Shown: positions 20,417 through 30,889, numbered from the stretch's first letter. The stretch is DNA of 64,000 nt from a bacterium (GCA_024226335.1 JAAELY010000545.1:10523-74522), one strand, 5' to 3'. Notes: generated by a model from the letters alone, not told the origin. Translations and numbers: made by a program.

Positions 20417-21207
20417 GGCCCCTCAATTCCAGAGAGATCATCCATCTGCTCGAGTACGCGCTCGAGACTGTTCTCCCATTGCGGCAGGTCCGGCGCCGTC
20501 TCCGGCGCCTTGAAATCACCACTGATGTCCGTTTCTTCGAGCCAACCGAAGCGATAGTTGTCGCCCAGTTTGCCCCGCGCCTGCTCAACGGGCAGCACCT
20601 TGATCGCAGCCTCTTCGAGTACGCAGACGTGCTCACACTTTCCACAGCCGGTGCAGGCGTCGGAATTGACGACCGGAATGAAGTAGGCGTGCTTGCCCGT
20701 GCGCTCGTTCTGCCGGAACTCCAGGCCGATCGCCTGGCCCATGAGCGGGCAGGCTCGGTAGCAGACCTCACAACGCAGACCCTTGTAGGCCAAACAGTTC
20801 TCGTGGTCGACGAGCACCGCGAGCCCCATCTCGGCCTCTTCGATGGGCGTTCCGGACACGAGTGCATCGGTGGGACAAGCCTCGGTACAAGGCGAATCGG
20901 GGCACATTTCGCACGGTACTTTGCGCGGTTCGAAGTACGGCACGCCGATCGCCTCACCGTCTCCAGCCGTCGCGATCTGCAGCGTATCGTAGGGACAGGC
21001 TTCCACACACTGGGAACACTTGATGCAGCTCGCCAGGAAGGCGGGCTCATCTTGAGCACCAGGAGGACGAGGCGCAGAGACGCTGGCTCGCGACTCACCG
21101 GCGACATGCACCCAGGTCATGCCACCAGTCAGCGCCAGAGCCAGGCTCTGCGGCTTGAAAGCCGCCAGGAAACCCCGGCGGCTGACGTCCTTTGCGGGAA
21201 GGCTCAC
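20413..21207 (-). CDS. napG: NapG, periplasmic 4x[4Fe-4S] ferredoxin-type subunit. Probable GTG start at 21207, right after the napA stop; the track extends it to 21270.
   Basis: Tat motif SRRGFLAAF. Four Cys clusters ([46 protein letters not shown]). Confidence 0.8.
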   Translation of the reverse strand: MSLPAKDVSRRGFLAAFKPQSLALALTGGMTWVHVAGESRASVSAPRPPGAQDEPAFLASCIKCSQCVEACPYDTLQIATAGDGEAIGVPYFEPRKVPCEMCPDSPCTEACPTDALVSGTPIEEAEMGLAVLVDHENCLAYKGLRCEVCYRACPLMGQAIGLEFRQNERTGKHAYFIPVVNSDACTGCGKCEHVCVLEEAAIKVLPVEQARGKLGDNYRFGWLEETDISGDFKAPETAPDLPQWENSLERVLEQMDDLSGIEGP

Positions 21208-21209
21208 GG

Positions 21210-23810
21210 TCAGGCCTTTCGCACTCTCACAGCGCACTTCTTGTAGTCGGTCTCCTTCGAGATCGGACAAGTCGCATCCAGAGTCAGCTTGTTGATCAAC
21301 ACGTTCTCGTCGAACCAGGGCACGAATACCAGACCTTTCGGTACACGATTGCGACCCTGTGTATCAACGCGCACGCGCACCTTTCCGCGCCGCGACTCCA
21401 TCACGACCTCGTCGTTGCGCTTGATGCCACGCGAGGCCGCATCCTCAGGGTGCATCCAACACACCGCGTAAGGCACCGCACGGTTGAGCTCCGCAACACG
21501 CTTGGTCATCGAACCCGAGTGCCAGTGCTCGAGCACCCGACCCGTGCACAACCACAGGTCATAGCCCTTGTCCGGAATCTCTGCGGCCTCAGCGTAGGGC
21601 CGGAAGAAGATCTTCGCGCGACCCGCCACACTCACCTTCTCACCCTTGAGACTGCCGTTCGGGATCTTCTTCAGCGCCTTGCCGTAGAAGTCGTACCCCT
21701 TGCCGGGCTTCACGTAGGGATCGTAGCCCTCCTTGAAGCGCCACTGCGTCTCGCGCCCATTAACCACCGGCCAACGCAGACCTCGCACCTTGTGATAGGT
21801 ATCGAAATCCGCCAGGTCGTGACCATTGCCGAGACCGAACTCGCGGTACTCGGCCCACAGCGCCTTGTGCACGAAGAATCCCGCCTCCTCGGCCACATCG
21901 TTGGGATGGCCATTGGCAATCGGATCGGGCCAGGCGTGCTTCTTGTATTCGGGCCGCGCGAACAGAACTTCGTACAGCGTCTGTTCGGGGTCGTAGCCCA
22001 TCTTCTTGGCATCTGCGAGCACATCGGGAAGCTTGCCGTCGGGGAAACCGTCGACCTTCAGACCGGGCAGTGGCTGCTCCTTCCACACTTCCTTCAGCTT
22101 GAAGCGCTTCGAGAATTCCATCGTCTGCCAGATATCGGCCTTCGCCTCACCTGGAGCCTTCACCTGCTGACGCCAGTGTTGCGTTCGCCGCTCGGCGTTT
22201 CCGTAGGCGCCCCACTTCTCGTAGATCATGGCCGCTGGCAGGACCAGATCGGCGACCTTGGCCGACACCGTAGGATAGGCATCCGAGACGACGATGAAGT
22301 TATCGCCCTCGCGCGCCGCCTTGACCCACTCGTTGGCGTTGGCGAAGTCCTGGAATGGATTGGTCACCTGCGCCCAGAAAAAGCGCACCTTGCCCGACCG
22401 CAACTGGCGCATCATCTTGACCGCGTGCGTCCCCACCTTGGGGTTGAGCGTCTTCGCGGGCAGATGCCAGAGCTTCTCGCTCTTGGCACGATGGCCACCG
22501 TTGAAAACCACCATGTCCGACGGTAGGCGATGCGCGAAGGTGCCGACCTCGCGCGCGGTACCGCAAGCCGAAGGCTGTCCGGTGAGCGAGAAAGCTCCCG
22601 AACCGGGCGTCGACATCTTGCCACCCAGGAGGTGAATGGCGTAGATCTGCTCGTTCACCCAGGTACCGCGCGAATGCTGGTTGAAACCCATTGTCCAGAA
22701 CGAAATGATCTTCTTCTTGCGATCCGAATACAGATCAGCCAGCTCGATCAGCTTCTCCTTCGACACGCCCGAGATCTTGCTCACGTGCTCGGCCGTGTAG
22801 GGCTCGAGCTGCTTCTTGTACTCCTCGAAACTGATCTTCCAGTGTGCGCCGGCTTTGCCGCGCATCTTCTGGCCTTTCTCGCGCGGGTGGTCGGCAGGCA
22901 ATCCGTAACCGATATCCGTCGGGCCGGTTGCAAACACACAGTGCTTGTCGATGAACTCCTTGTCGATCGCCCCCTTCTTGATCATGTGGCGAGCGATGTA
23001 GTTCATGATCGCCAGGTCGGTCTGCGGCTTGAAGATGATCTCGACGTCCGCGAGATCGCTACAACGATTCCCGTAGGTAGAGAGATTGATGACCTTGGTC
23101 GCGGGCTTGCTGAGCTTGCGATCGGTGACCCGCGACCACAGGATCGGATGGCACTCGGCCATGTTCGCGCCCCAGGTCACGACGGCATCTGTCTGTTCGA
23201 TATCGTCGTAGCAGCCCGGAGGCTCGTCGATACCAAACGTCTGGATGAATCCAGCAACCGCGGACGCCATGCAGTGTCGAGCGTTCGGGTCGAGATTATT
23301 CGAGCGGACGCCCGCCTTCATGAACTTGGCGGCGGCATACCCCTCGTCAATCGTGTATTGGCCAGAGCCGAAGACCGCAACACTCGACGGACCGTACTGG
23401 CCGTAGTACTGCTTGAATTTCTGCTCCATCACGTCGAAGGCCTTGTCCCAGGACACCGGAGTGAAGCGGCCCTTCTTGTCGTACTTGCCATCCTTCATGC
23501 GCAAGAGGGGCTTCGTGAGCCGATCCTCTCCGTACATGATCTTGGCGTTGAAGTAGCCCTTGATGCAGTTGAGACCCCGGTTCACAGGCGATTCAGGGTC
23601 GCCCTTGACCGAAACCACACGGCCCTCCTTGGTGGCCATCATGATTCCGCAACCGACGCCACAGAAGCGGCACACGGACTTGTCCCACTTCCAATCCTTC
23701 TGCAGTTCTGCAGCCTGTGCCCGCGCTTCGGGCGGAATGGAAATTCCGATTCCGGTGGCCACTGAGGCCGCAACCGCCGTCTTGACGAACTCCCGTCGCG
23801 TCTGTGCCAT
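21210..23810 (-). CDS. napA: NapA, periplasmic nitrate reductase catalytic molybdopterin subunit.
   Basis: Tat signal [45 protein letters not shown] is the N-terminal [4Fe-4S] motif. 866 aa. Confidence 0.9.
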   Translation of the reverse strand: MAQTRREFVKTAVAASVATGIGISIPPEARAQAAELQKDWKWDKSVCRFCGVGCGIMMATKEGRVVSVKGDPESPVNRGLNCIKGYFNAKIMYGEDRLTKPLLRMKDGKYDKKGRFTPVSWDKAFDVMEQKFKQYYGQYGPSSVAVFGSGQYTIDEGYAAAKFMKAGVRSNNLDPNARHCMASAVAGFIQTFGIDEPPGCYDDIEQTDAVVTWGANMAECHPILWSRVTDRKLSKPATKVINLSTYGNRCSDLADVEIIFKPQTDLAIMNYIARHMIKKGAIDKEFIDKHCVFATGPTDIGYGLPADHPREKGQKMRGKAGAHWKISFEEYKKQLEPYTAEHVSKISGVSKEKLIELADLYSDRKKKIISFWTMGFNQHSRGTWVNEQIYAIHLLGGKMSTPGSGAFSLTGQPSACGTAREVGTFAHRLPSDMVVFNGGHRAKSEKLWHLPAKTLNPKVGTHAVKMMRQLRSGKVRFFWAQVTNPFQDFANANEWVKAAREGDNFIVVSDAYPTVSAKVADLVLPAAMIYEKWGAYGNAERRTQHWRQQVKAPGEAKADIWQTMEFSKRFKLKEVWKEQPLPGLKVDGFPDGKLPDVLADAKKMGYDPEQTLYEVLFARPEYKKHAWPDPIANGHPNDVAEEAGFFVHKALWAEYREFGLGNGHDLADFDTYHKVRGLRWPVVNGRETQWRFKEGYDPYVKPGKGYDFYGKALKKIPNGSLKGEKVSVAGRAKIFFRPYAEAAEIPDKGYDLWLCTGRVLEHWHSGSMTKRVAELNRAVPYAVCWMHPEDAASRGIKRNDEVVMESRRGKVRVRVDTQGRNRVPKGLVFVPWFDENVLINKLTLDATCPISKETDYKKCAVRVRKA

Positions 23811-23910
23811 GGATCCCTCCGTGGTATCGCGCCTTGTTGGCGCGTGCCGTTTTGTCCCTGCATCGGGACGGCGGCCCCAGTTACAGCAAGCCGCGTGCCG
23901 ATCCGTGAGT

Positions 23911-24150
23911 TCAGTCGCCGTCGGGCAGCGTCACGGATTCCGCCATTTCAGCCATCGCCACGTGTTCGAGTTGTTGGATTTCACGAAGGCGATCGGCGCC
24001 CTCACCTCCACTGACGGCTTCGATCGTCACCACAAGACGCCCCACACCGTCGTGGTGGTGTACCTGGGCCCAGGGAAACGCGTTTATTGCGGTAGATACC
24101 TTTTCGAGATTCTCGGGACGACACGCGACGACCACGCCAGAAACATTCAC
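23911..24150 (-). CDS. napD: NapD, NapA maturation chaperone (GTG start).
   Basis: 79 aa, immediately upstream of napA ([13 protein letters not shown]...). GAGG RBS. Confidence 0.65.
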   Translation of the reverse strand: MNVSGVVVACRPENLEKVSTAINAFPWAQVHHHDGVGRLVVTIEAVSGGEGADRLREIQQLEHVAMAEMAESVTLPDGD

Positions 24151-25124
24151 GATGCACCTCCGTCCGACACGTCCCAGACCAGCACGCGGGCATCATTGCC
24201 CGCGGACAACAACCTGCGGCCTCCGTCGGTAAAACGTAGCACCTGAACCGGTGCAGTGTGGCGATCTAACACATGCGTGACTCGACCGCTCAGCAAGTCG
24301 ATCACCTTGATCCGATCGCCCTGCAGGGCAATGGCCAGACGCCCGCGCACACGATCAGCCGCCAGCGCCGTAATATAATGATCGTCTCGATAGAGTACGC
24401 GAGGCTCGGAACCGTTCAGGTCCCATACGAGCAGGCGTTTGTCCTTGCTCGCGGTGGCCAGTCGCGTTCCCGATAGCCAGGCCAGTCCGAAGACGCTGTC
24501 GCGGTGCCCGCGCAACACGGACGCCGTCTCTCCATTGGAGATGTCGATCAACTGCACGCGACTCGAGCGAAGCGCCACCGCCATCTGCTTCCCGTTCGGA
24601 CTCATGGCCAGAGCGTAGACCGGATCGTAGTCGAGCTGGCGGCGGAAGCGCTCCTCTCCGGTCGTCACGTCAAACAGGCTGACTTCTCCTGTCATATGGC
24701 CCAGGAAAAGCCGATCGTCGTCGACGAAACGGCAGGTCGTAACTCGAGCCAGTTCGAACTGATGCGTCGTTTCCGGGCGACCGTCAGCAGTGAAACGCCA
24801 GAACCGCAAGCGGTCATCGGAAGCCGCTACTGCGACCCGCGTTCCCGAGGGCGACACAGCGACACAACTCACGGTTGCCGGAAACTCCTTCTCTCCGGCA
24901 TCGATCACGAGCAGAGGAGCAAGCACGCGCTGCCTGCGCCAGTCGAGAACATCTACATGACCGGACTGCGTCGCTACCAGTAGTATCGATTCGCGCAACG
25001 CGCCGTCGAGCACCATGTGGTCTGCGCGCATCTCGGCCTCGAGTTGCGCGTGGGCTGGAGTGGCTAGAAAAAAGGCCGAGAATAGAGCGGCTGCAACACC
25101 GACCCGCGCGTCAGCCGTCCTCAT
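24147..25124 (-). CDS. napL: Periplasmic WD40 beta-propeller protein, NapL-like.
   Basis: Signal peptide (AALFSAFFLATPAHAQ). Repeated WD-like blades (RLLVWD, ARVLVWDV). Embedded in the nap operon, overlapping napD as ATGA. Confidence 0.5.
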   Translation of the reverse strand: MRTADARVGVAAALFSAFFLATPAHAQLEAEMRADHMVLDGALRESILLVATQSGHVDVLDWRRQRVLAPLLVIDAGEKEFPATVSCVAVSPSGTRVAVAASDDRLRFWRFTADGRPETTHQFELARVTTCRFVDDDRLFLGHMTGEVSLFDVTTGEERFRRQLDYDPVYALAMSPNGKQMAVALRSSRVQLIDISNGETASVLRGHRDSVFGLAWLSGTRLATASKDKRLLVWDLNGSEPRVLYRDDHYITALAADRVRGRLAIALQGDRIKVIDLLSGRVTHVLDRHTAPVQVLRFTDGGRRLLSAGNDARVLVWDVSDGGAS

Positions 25125-26334
25125 AGCGGAGTTGACCGTTGTTGATGGCCATTGCGACCTTCACCATGAGCGTGAACAGCAGCGCTCCGATCGACCAGAC
25201 AGCTGCACCAACCATGAGTTCGTTCAGGCTCGGGTTGTAGGCGTAGACCTCACCCAATGCGTCGGGCGTCATACCGGGAAGCAGCAGACCGAGACCCTTC
25301 TCGATGAACACACCCAACACCGCGAGCGCACAACCCAGGTTCAAGACGGCGATGCGGTGGCGCAATACCGGAATTACGAAGATCACAAAGGCCGCGAGGT
25401 TGCTCAGCAGTGCCGTCCAGGTGTAGATGGCGATGTCAGTGCGCTCCGCCGTTCCAAACCACTGGAAGTGTCCGTGGGTCGTGTGGGCCGTTTCGAAGTA
25501 GAACTCCTTGAATACCTCGACGCCCAGGAAGAACAGGTTGACGGCCATCGCGTAGGCCAGCAACTCGCCGATCTTCAGCAGAGCGGTGTCCGTCAGGCGC
25601 ATATGCCCAACACGACGCAGGATCTGGAAGATCAGCACGAGAAGGGCGGGACCCGAGCAAAACGCGCTGGCCAGGAAACGCGGCGCAAGTATGGCCGTGT
25701 GCCAGAACGGCCGCGACGCCAGACCCATGAAGAGGAAGGCCGTCACGGTATGGATGAGGACCGCCAGTGGAATCGACAGGAAGATGACCGGCATGATGAA
25801 GGCGGCGTTGTACTTCTGGCCAAGGAAGCTCTTGTAGAGCAAGTAGGTGACGATGAAGTAGTTGACCAGCAGGTACAACGAGACCACCAGGATGTCCCAT
25901 ACCAATAATGATGATGGGAAATTCGGTTGACCGACCCCGGGCATCAGGTGCCAGATCACTTCGGGTCGGCCGACGTCGACGTTCACGAAGAGAATCGCCA
26001 TCACGATGGCCGCCACAGCCACGAGTTCTCCGACCAGGACCAGTTCCTTGATGGGCCCCCAGTCGTAGATATAGGCGGGTATCACCAGCACGACTGCCGC
26101 GGCTGCCACACCCACGAGAAACGCAAAGTTACCGATGTAGAAGCCCCAGGAAACCTGATCGCGCATGTTCGAGGTGATCAGGCCGTTCTGGAGCTGATTG
26201 GCGTAGGCGAGCCCGCCGACGGCAATCACGACCAGGAGTACGCCGATCCAGGTCCAGTAGCCGGAGTGCCCCCGTGTAACCACGGAGATGCTGCCCTTCA
26301 CGAAGCTCAAGAAATGGAGGAGTACCTGTCTCAT
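25111..26334 (-). CDS. NrfD/PsrC-family polytopic membrane quinol-interacting subunit.
   Basis: ~10 TM, 407 aa. Follows the NrfC-like FeS protein. Confidence 0.65.
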   Translation of the reverse strand: MRQVLLHFLSFVKGSISVVTRGHSGYWTWIGVLLVVIAVGGLAYANQLQNGLITSNMRDQVSWGFYIGNFAFLVGVAAAAVVLVIPAYIYDWGPIKELVLVGELVAVAAIVMAILFVNVDVGRPEVIWHLMPGVGQPNFPSSLLVWDILVVSLYLLVNYFIVTYLLYKSFLGQKYNAAFIMPVIFLSIPLAVLIHTVTAFLFMGLASRPFWHTAILAPRFLASAFCSGPALLVLIFQILRRVGHMRLTDTALLKIGELLAYAMAVNLFFLGVEVFKEFYFETAHTTHGHFQWFGTAERTDIAIYTWTALLSNLAAFVIFVIPVLRHRIAVLNLGCALAVLGVFIEKGLGLLLPGMTPDALGEVYAYNPSLNELMVGAAVWSIGALLFTLMVKVAMAINNGQLRYEDG

Positions 26335-26339
26335 GGCGC

Positions 26340-27272
26340 TTACCCGTAGAAATAGAAGAACTTGGGGTTGGTCTTGAGTTCCGCTTTGAGCACGAAGGTT
26401 CGCTTGTGCTTGAGCAGATATCGGATCTCGCTATTCGGGTCGAGCAGGTTCCCGAACTTGCGCGCGCCAACCGGACAGGCCTCATGGCATGCCGGGTAGC
26501 GTCCCTCGCGCACCCGCTGAATACAGAAGGTGCACTTCTCCACGACACCCCGCGGTCGCGGCCGATTGCCGATGATATGCGTATCGGTATTGATCTCGTC
26601 CTTGGGAATACTCGGCTCACCCCAGTTGAAGTGGCGCGCGCCGTAGGGACATGCGGCCATGCAGTAGCGACAGCCGATGCACCAATCGGAATCGATCACG
26701 ACGATGCCGTCCGCTTCCTTCCACGTCGCTCCAGTCGGGCAAACACTGGTACACGGCGAGTCCTCACAGTGCTGGCAGGCGATCGGGAGATACATCTTGT
26801 CTTCAGCGGGCACTTTTTCGTGGTCGTAATAGGCGTTGCCATGCTCGAGGTCGATGCCGCGTATCATGTCCTCGCGCTCGAACTCGAGCACGCGGATCCA
26901 GTGGATCTCAGGATCGCGGGACTGGTTGTTCTCCGCCACGCATGCATACTCACAGCGTCGACAACCGATACAACGGGATACGTCGAGACCGTAGCCAAAG
27001 ACCACACCGTCGACGGGCCCGGTGGCCTTCACCTTCATGTCGACGCCGAGCTTCTTGGAGTACTTGCGCTCGAGGCGCTCCAACACCTCGGCCAGTTCTT
27101 CGTCGGACATCTCGCGGAAGTGCTTCTGCAGAAAGGTCTCGAAGTCGAAGGCCTGCGCGGCGCCTGGAACGGCCGCCGCGGCGCCAATACCCGCCAGCGA
27201 CGTCTTCAGGAACTCGCGGCGCGAGGCACCGCGTTCTTTGCGCTCTTGCGGCTTCGCGCTAGCTCGCTTCAT
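26340..27272 (-). CDS. NrfC/PsrB/DmsB-like 4x[4Fe-4S] electron-transfer subunit with Tat signal. ATG at 27270-27272.
   Basis: Tat signal SRREFLKTSLAGIGAAAAVPGAAQA. Four clusters: CIGCRRCEYAC, CQHCEDSPCTSVCP, CIGCRYCMAACP, CTFCIQRV...CHEACP. Confidence 0.75.
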   Translation of the reverse strand: MKRASAKPQERKERGASRREFLKTSLAGIGAAAAVPGAAQAFDFETFLQKHFREMSDEELAEVLERLERKYSKKLGVDMKVKATGPVDGVVFGYGLDVSRCIGCRRCEYACVAENNQSRDPEIHWIRVLEFEREDMIRGIDLEHGNAYYDHEKVPAEDKMYLPIACQHCEDSPCTSVCPTGATWKEADGIVVIDSDWCIGCRYCMAACPYGARHFNWGEPSIPKDEINTDTHIIGNRPRPRGVVEKCTFCIQRVREGRYPACHEACPVGARKFGNLLDPNSEIRYLLKHKRTFVLKAELKTNPKFFYFYG

Positions 27273-27900
27273 CGTGCGGCTCCTTGCCGGCGATTGCCTC
27301 CGGCCGGCGTGGTGGGCGCTTCGGCTCGATGGGCTTGAAAGGTGGATTGTGCGGATCGTGGCAGACCACACATGTGCGGTATTCCTTCGGACCCCACCAA
27401 TGCCCCGTGCGCTTGCCGTGCACGCCTGCACGCCAGTCGGGCAACTTCTTGGCGTGGCACTGTGTGCACAGTTTCCACGAGTCTTCGAACGGAATATTCG
27501 TATCGTCGGCTAGACGCAGTTTCTGCCGATCCCGCGGATTCGGATTGTGGCAGCTGTAGCACCAGAGATTGCCGTGCGCGAAATCCAGTTCGTCGTGCTC
27601 GTCCTCCAACTCGCGCACATCGCGCTCTGGGAGATCGCTCGACTCGTGGCAATCCGAGCACGGCAGGTAGTCGTCGGCGATTTCGGGTGCAGCGAGAAGA
27701 ACGGGTTCGGGCTCGGGCGGCAACGTGCGACTTGCCGATGGGCGCGGAGTGTCGGGATCGAAATCGGTCTGCACCGAGAAGAGCACGAACGCCAGAAGCA
27801 CTGCCCCGCTGATCACAGCCCAGGTCGCCATCTGGTGTGGAGGGGGCGCCCACTCCCCCTCGACTTCTTCTCCCGGTTGACCGGAGTCACCTTCCGCCAT
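27259..27900 (-). CDS. Membrane-anchored tetraheme cytochrome c (NapC/NirT/NrfH-like).
   Basis: One N-terminal TM helix (WAVISGAVLLAFVLFSV). Four CXXCH motifs: CSDCH, CYSCH, CTQCH, CVVCH. Confidence 0.7.
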   Translation of the reverse strand: MAEGDSGQPGEEVEGEWAPPPHQMATWAVISGAVLLAFVLFSVQTDFDPDTPRPSASRTLPPEPEPVLLAAPEIADDYLPCSDCHESSDLPERDVRELEDEHDELDFAHGNLWCYSCHNPNPRDRQKLRLADDTNIPFEDSWKLCTQCHAKKLPDWRAGVHGKRTGHWWGPKEYRTCVVCHDPHNPPFKPIEPKRPPRRPEAIAGKEPHDEAS

Positions 27901-27902
27901 GA

Positions 27903-28511
27903 CTACTCAGGGTCGTCTGCCGTCGGGTCGTAACCCTCGGGCACAGGGTGGGCGATCTTCTTCAAAGCCTCTTCGTAGTCGAAGCCCGATTTGCCGCCGT
28001 CGGAGCAACTGTAGCGTTCAGGATCCCAGGCTGGACTTTCGTCGTTGTGGCAGGCGACGCAGACCTTCTCGCTCTGTTCGACCAGACCCTTCGAGAGCGC
28101 CTTGTCTCGGTCGATCATGACCTTCTTCTTGCGATAGTCCTTGCCCGCACCGTGGCAGGATTCGCACTGCACACCGGCGGTGCGAACGAACTTGCGCGAT
28201 ACCATCTCATCGGGCACGCCGTGGGCCGTCACGTGGCACTTCACGCATTCGTCGGCCTTCTGGGGATCTCCGAGACCCTTCTCAGTGGCCCACTTGCGAG
28301 CCTTGTCACTCGCAAGCGTCTCGAACGCCTTGCTATGCAGTGAATCCTTCCACCAGGCGTACTGATCTCCGATGGCTTCTTTCTCGTGACAGGACTTGCA
28401 CTTCTTCACGCCGACAAACTTGTGGTCTTTGGCTTGAACGGATCCCGGACCAACAACCAACAACATCGAAAATACCAGCAGAAAAAGAGTCATTACGCGC
28501 AAGCCAATCAC
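27903..28511 (-). CDS. Periplasmic tetraheme cytochrome c.
   Basis: Signal peptide. Four CXXCH motifs: CKSCH, CVKCH, CESCH, CVACH. Confidence 0.7.
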   Translation of the reverse strand: MIGLRVMTLFLLVFSMLLVVGPGSVQAKDHKFVGVKKCKSCHEKEAIGDQYAWWKDSLHSKAFETLASDKARKWATEKGLGDPQKADECVKCHVTAHGVPDEMVSRKFVRTAGVQCESCHGAGKDYRKKKVMIDRDKALSKGLVEQSEKVCVACHNDESPAWDPERYSCSDGGKSGFDYEEALKKIAHPVPEGYDPTADDPE

Positions 28512-28590
28512 GATCCCGTCTCCTTACGACTGAAGCGCCCCGCAAAAAGGGGACGCTTCAGTTAGATGACGCTCACCCTCCGTGAACGCT

Positions 28591-30207
28591 TCAGTAAATA
28601 TCGTGAACTGTGTTGTACACGTTCCACTTGCCGGTGGGCGTTTGCAGCCAATCATTCTTGAGGCGCTGCTTCTCCTTCAGCGTCTTGTCGTCGTAAATGA
28701 TGACCTCGCCCTGCTTGTCCCATACCGACGCCCATACTTCATCGCCCGCCTTGTTGTACTCGAAGTGGACGATCTTTCCGTGGTCGGTGGCCTTCCAGCA
28801 CTTGGCACCCTCGTCGAAGGCGTCCTTTCTGAAGACACAGATCTGCTGGTTGTCGCCCTTTTCCTTGGACAAAGTTGCGTCAGTCCAGACGTGATTGCTC
28901 TTGGGATGCGTCTTCAGGAACAGTCCGGGACCACCGGTCTCCTCCTCTCGGACGACCTTCCAGGCGTGCTCCGGATGCCCGGCCGGGTCCGACCCGTACA
29001 CGGATATGAGTCCTTCACCTAGATGGGTGGTTGCGCTCACCGGTCCGTATTTCGGGTCTACCCAGTTCGCACCGCGTCCGGGATGTGGCTTTACCCCGGT
29101 CTCGAACTTGGTCACGAACTTCTTTTCCTTTGTATCCACGACGACGATCTGGTCACGCATGTTCGCCGCGATCAGGAGATAGCGCTTGGTGGCGTCCCAA
29201 CCTCCGTCGTGCAGGAACCGCTCGGTCGCGATCTGCGTCATCTTCAGGTTGTCGAGGTCAGAGTAGTCCACCAACCAGACCATTCCGGTCTCTTTGATCG
29301 CCACGACCCACTCGGAGTCGAAGTGCGAAGCGATGATCGTCGCCACGCGCGGTTCCGGGTGATACTCGTTTGTATCGTAGGTGGAGGATCGGGTGGAGAT
29401 GACCTTGATCGGCTCGAGGGTCTGTCCATCAACCACGACCATCTGCGGCGGCCAGTAGCAACCGACGATCGCCAACTTGTCGCGGAAGTCACCCTTGGGT
29501 CCCTTGTACTTCGAAACGTCAACGGATCGCGCGTCCAGGCAGACACGAACCTCGGCCACCACCTCGGGCTTCTTCTGGTAGAGGTCGATCAGGGTGAGCT
29601 TGCCGTCGCGACCGATCGTGTAGAAGTAACGACCGGTGAAGGAAGCTCGGAAAATGTGAACGGCGAAACCGGTCTTGAGGACGCTTACCGCCTCCTTGGT
29701 GTCGCCGTCAATGATTGCGGCCTTACCAACGTCGCGCAGGATGTAACCGAAGGTGTTGTCGATGTCCCGGCTGTGTTCGGGCTTCTTCGGCCGCTTGGAA
29801 ACCGGAATGTGGACCTTATGGGTCTCCTTCATCTCCTTCAGGCTCATCTCCGGCGGAATCGGCACCGGATTCTGTACAAACTTCGCCATCAGGGCCGTCT
29901 GGGCCTTGGTCATCTCACCTGTTCGGCCCCAGCCGGGCATTCCGGCGTCGGTACCTTCGAAGATCGTCTTTTCCAATTCGGGAAGCGTCTGCTCCAACAT
30001 CTTCTTGTCGGTGATGCCGGGGCCGGTAGCGCCCTTGCGAAGCGCACCGTGACAGCCGGAGCAGCGGTCGAAATAGATAAACTGCGCTTCCTCAAACTCC
30101 TTCTCGGAAAGCTTGGGAGCCGTTGCACCGCTGGCAATCGAGGGGGCGATCAGTGCAGTCGTCGCCAGGACCACCGCGAAGAACCGAAAAATTCGCAAGC
30201 CTGTCAT
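28591..30207 (-). CDS. nirS: Cytochrome cd1 nitrite reductase NirS. ATG at 30205-30207; the track ORF extends to 30429.
   Basis: MTGLRIFRFFAVVLATTALIAPSIASGA is a signal peptide. FDRCSGCHG is the heme c site. Followed by a d1 propeller ending ...TGKWNVYNTVHDIY. GGAGG RBS. Confidence 0.85.
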   Translation of the reverse strand: MTGLRIFRFFAVVLATTALIAPSIASGATAPKLSEKEFEEAQFIYFDRCSGCHGALRKGATGPGITDKKMLEQTLPELEKTIFEGTDAGMPGWGRTGEMTKAQTALMAKFVQNPVPIPPEMSLKEMKETHKVHIPVSKRPKKPEHSRDIDNTFGYILRDVGKAAIIDGDTKEAVSVLKTGFAVHIFRASFTGRYFYTIGRDGKLTLIDLYQKKPEVVAEVRVCLDARSVDVSKYKGPKGDFRDKLAIVGCYWPPQMVVVDGQTLEPIKVISTRSSTYDTNEYHPEPRVATIIASHFDSEWVVAIKETGMVWLVDYSDLDNLKMTQIATERFLHDGGWDATKRYLLIAANMRDQIVVVDTKEKKFVTKFETGVKPHPGRGANWVDPKYGPVSATTHLGEGLISVYGSDPAGHPEHAWKVVREEETGGPGLFLKTHPKSNHVWTDATLSKEKGDNQQICVFRKDAFDEGAKCWKATDHGKIVHFEYNKAGDEVWASVWDKQGEVIIYDDKTLKEKQRLKNDWLQTPTGKWNVYNTVHDIY

Positions 30208-30334
30208 CGTAGGACCTCCATACGCGCGCTGGTTTGCAAGCGGCATGCCCGGAGAGACGTTCTCGGGGACCGCCGGATAGTGCCGAATCTGCTGACTCAT
30301 CGGGTGCAATACCCTACAGCCCGCATTCAAACTG

Positions 30335-30347
30335 TGACAATTCGTCA
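30335..30347. promoter_or_regulatory. Palindrome TGAC-aattc-GTCA ~130 bp upstream of the nirS start; possible CRP/FNR (Dnr/NnrR)-type site with atypical N5 spacing.
   Basis: tgacaattcgtca. Confidence 0.2.
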
Positions 30348-30392
30348 AACGCAATCTCTTATAAGGTGCGGCTAAGTGGCGCAGACTAGCAA

Positions 30393-30788
30393 CTAGCCCA
30401 CGTCTGCGAGTGTGGTCGTTGAGGCCCACGAACGGAAGGCTTCACTCATCTGGACCCAGGCCGGATGCAATGGGCAGGGATCGCTCGGGTCACACGCACC
30501 CCAACCGAAAACACACCGGTCGTCACCGGGATAAGCGTCGACCGCAGCCAGGATTTCTGTAAAGGGAATCTCCGACGGTGGACGCGCCAGCTCGAAGCCC
30601 CCTCCCACTCCTTTGTAAGACTCGAGCACCCCGGCCACGACGAGACGTCGGAGAATTTTGGCCAGATACGGCGCGGGAATGCCCGTCTCATTGGAGAGAT
30701 CGCGAGCGCGGACCGGCGTCTCGTCGGGATTCGCCGCGAGCCAGGCCGCTGCGCGAAGAGCGTATTCGGCTGTCTGTGACAGGACCAT
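30393..30788 (-). CDS. nsrR: Rrf2-family transcriptional regulator, NsrR-like NO sensor.
   Basis: N-terminal wHTH (TAEYALRAAAWLA..). Three-Cys cluster CVFGWGACDPSDPCPLH. Upstream of nirS and divergent from the nnrS-like gene. Confidence 0.75.
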   Translation of the reverse strand: MVLSQTAEYALRAAAWLAANPDETPVRARDLSNETGIPAPYLAKILRRLVVAGVLESYKGVGGGFELARPPSEIPFTEILAAVDAYPGDDRCVFGWGACDPSDPCPLHPAWVQMSEAFRSWASTTTLADVG

Positions 30789-30801
30789 CCGCTGCCCGAC
30801 C

Positions 30802-30826
30802 TCGTTTCGCAGTCTCGTTTCGCAGA
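30802..30826. repeat. Tandem direct repeat 2x ctcgtttcgcag (1-nt spacer) in the nsrR/nnrS-like divergent region.
   Basis: cctcgtttcgcag t ctcgtttcgcag, seen directly in the sequence. Confidence 0.5.
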
Positions 30827-30876
30827 TTTCGTCCCGCCCTGGTGCTGCAAAACATGGACCGGAAGAACTCGATATC

Positions 30877-30889
30877 TGCTACTGTAGCA
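30877..30889. promoter_or_regulatory. Inverted repeat TGCTAC-T-GTAGCA in the nsrR/nnrS-like divergent promoter region; candidate Rrf2 operator.
   Basis: Perfect 6-1-6 palindrome in the sequence. Confidence 0.3.

Noticed and set aside
19608-21107. 499-aa minus-strand ORF in an alternative frame.
   Set aside because: Overlaps napH and napG in a different frame. Arg/Ser-rich low-complexity translation.
20233-23765. Plus-strand ORFs 20233..21246, 21192..22526 and 22530..23765.
   Set aside because: Antisense shadows of napG and napA. The translations are His/Arg/Leu-rich with no domains.
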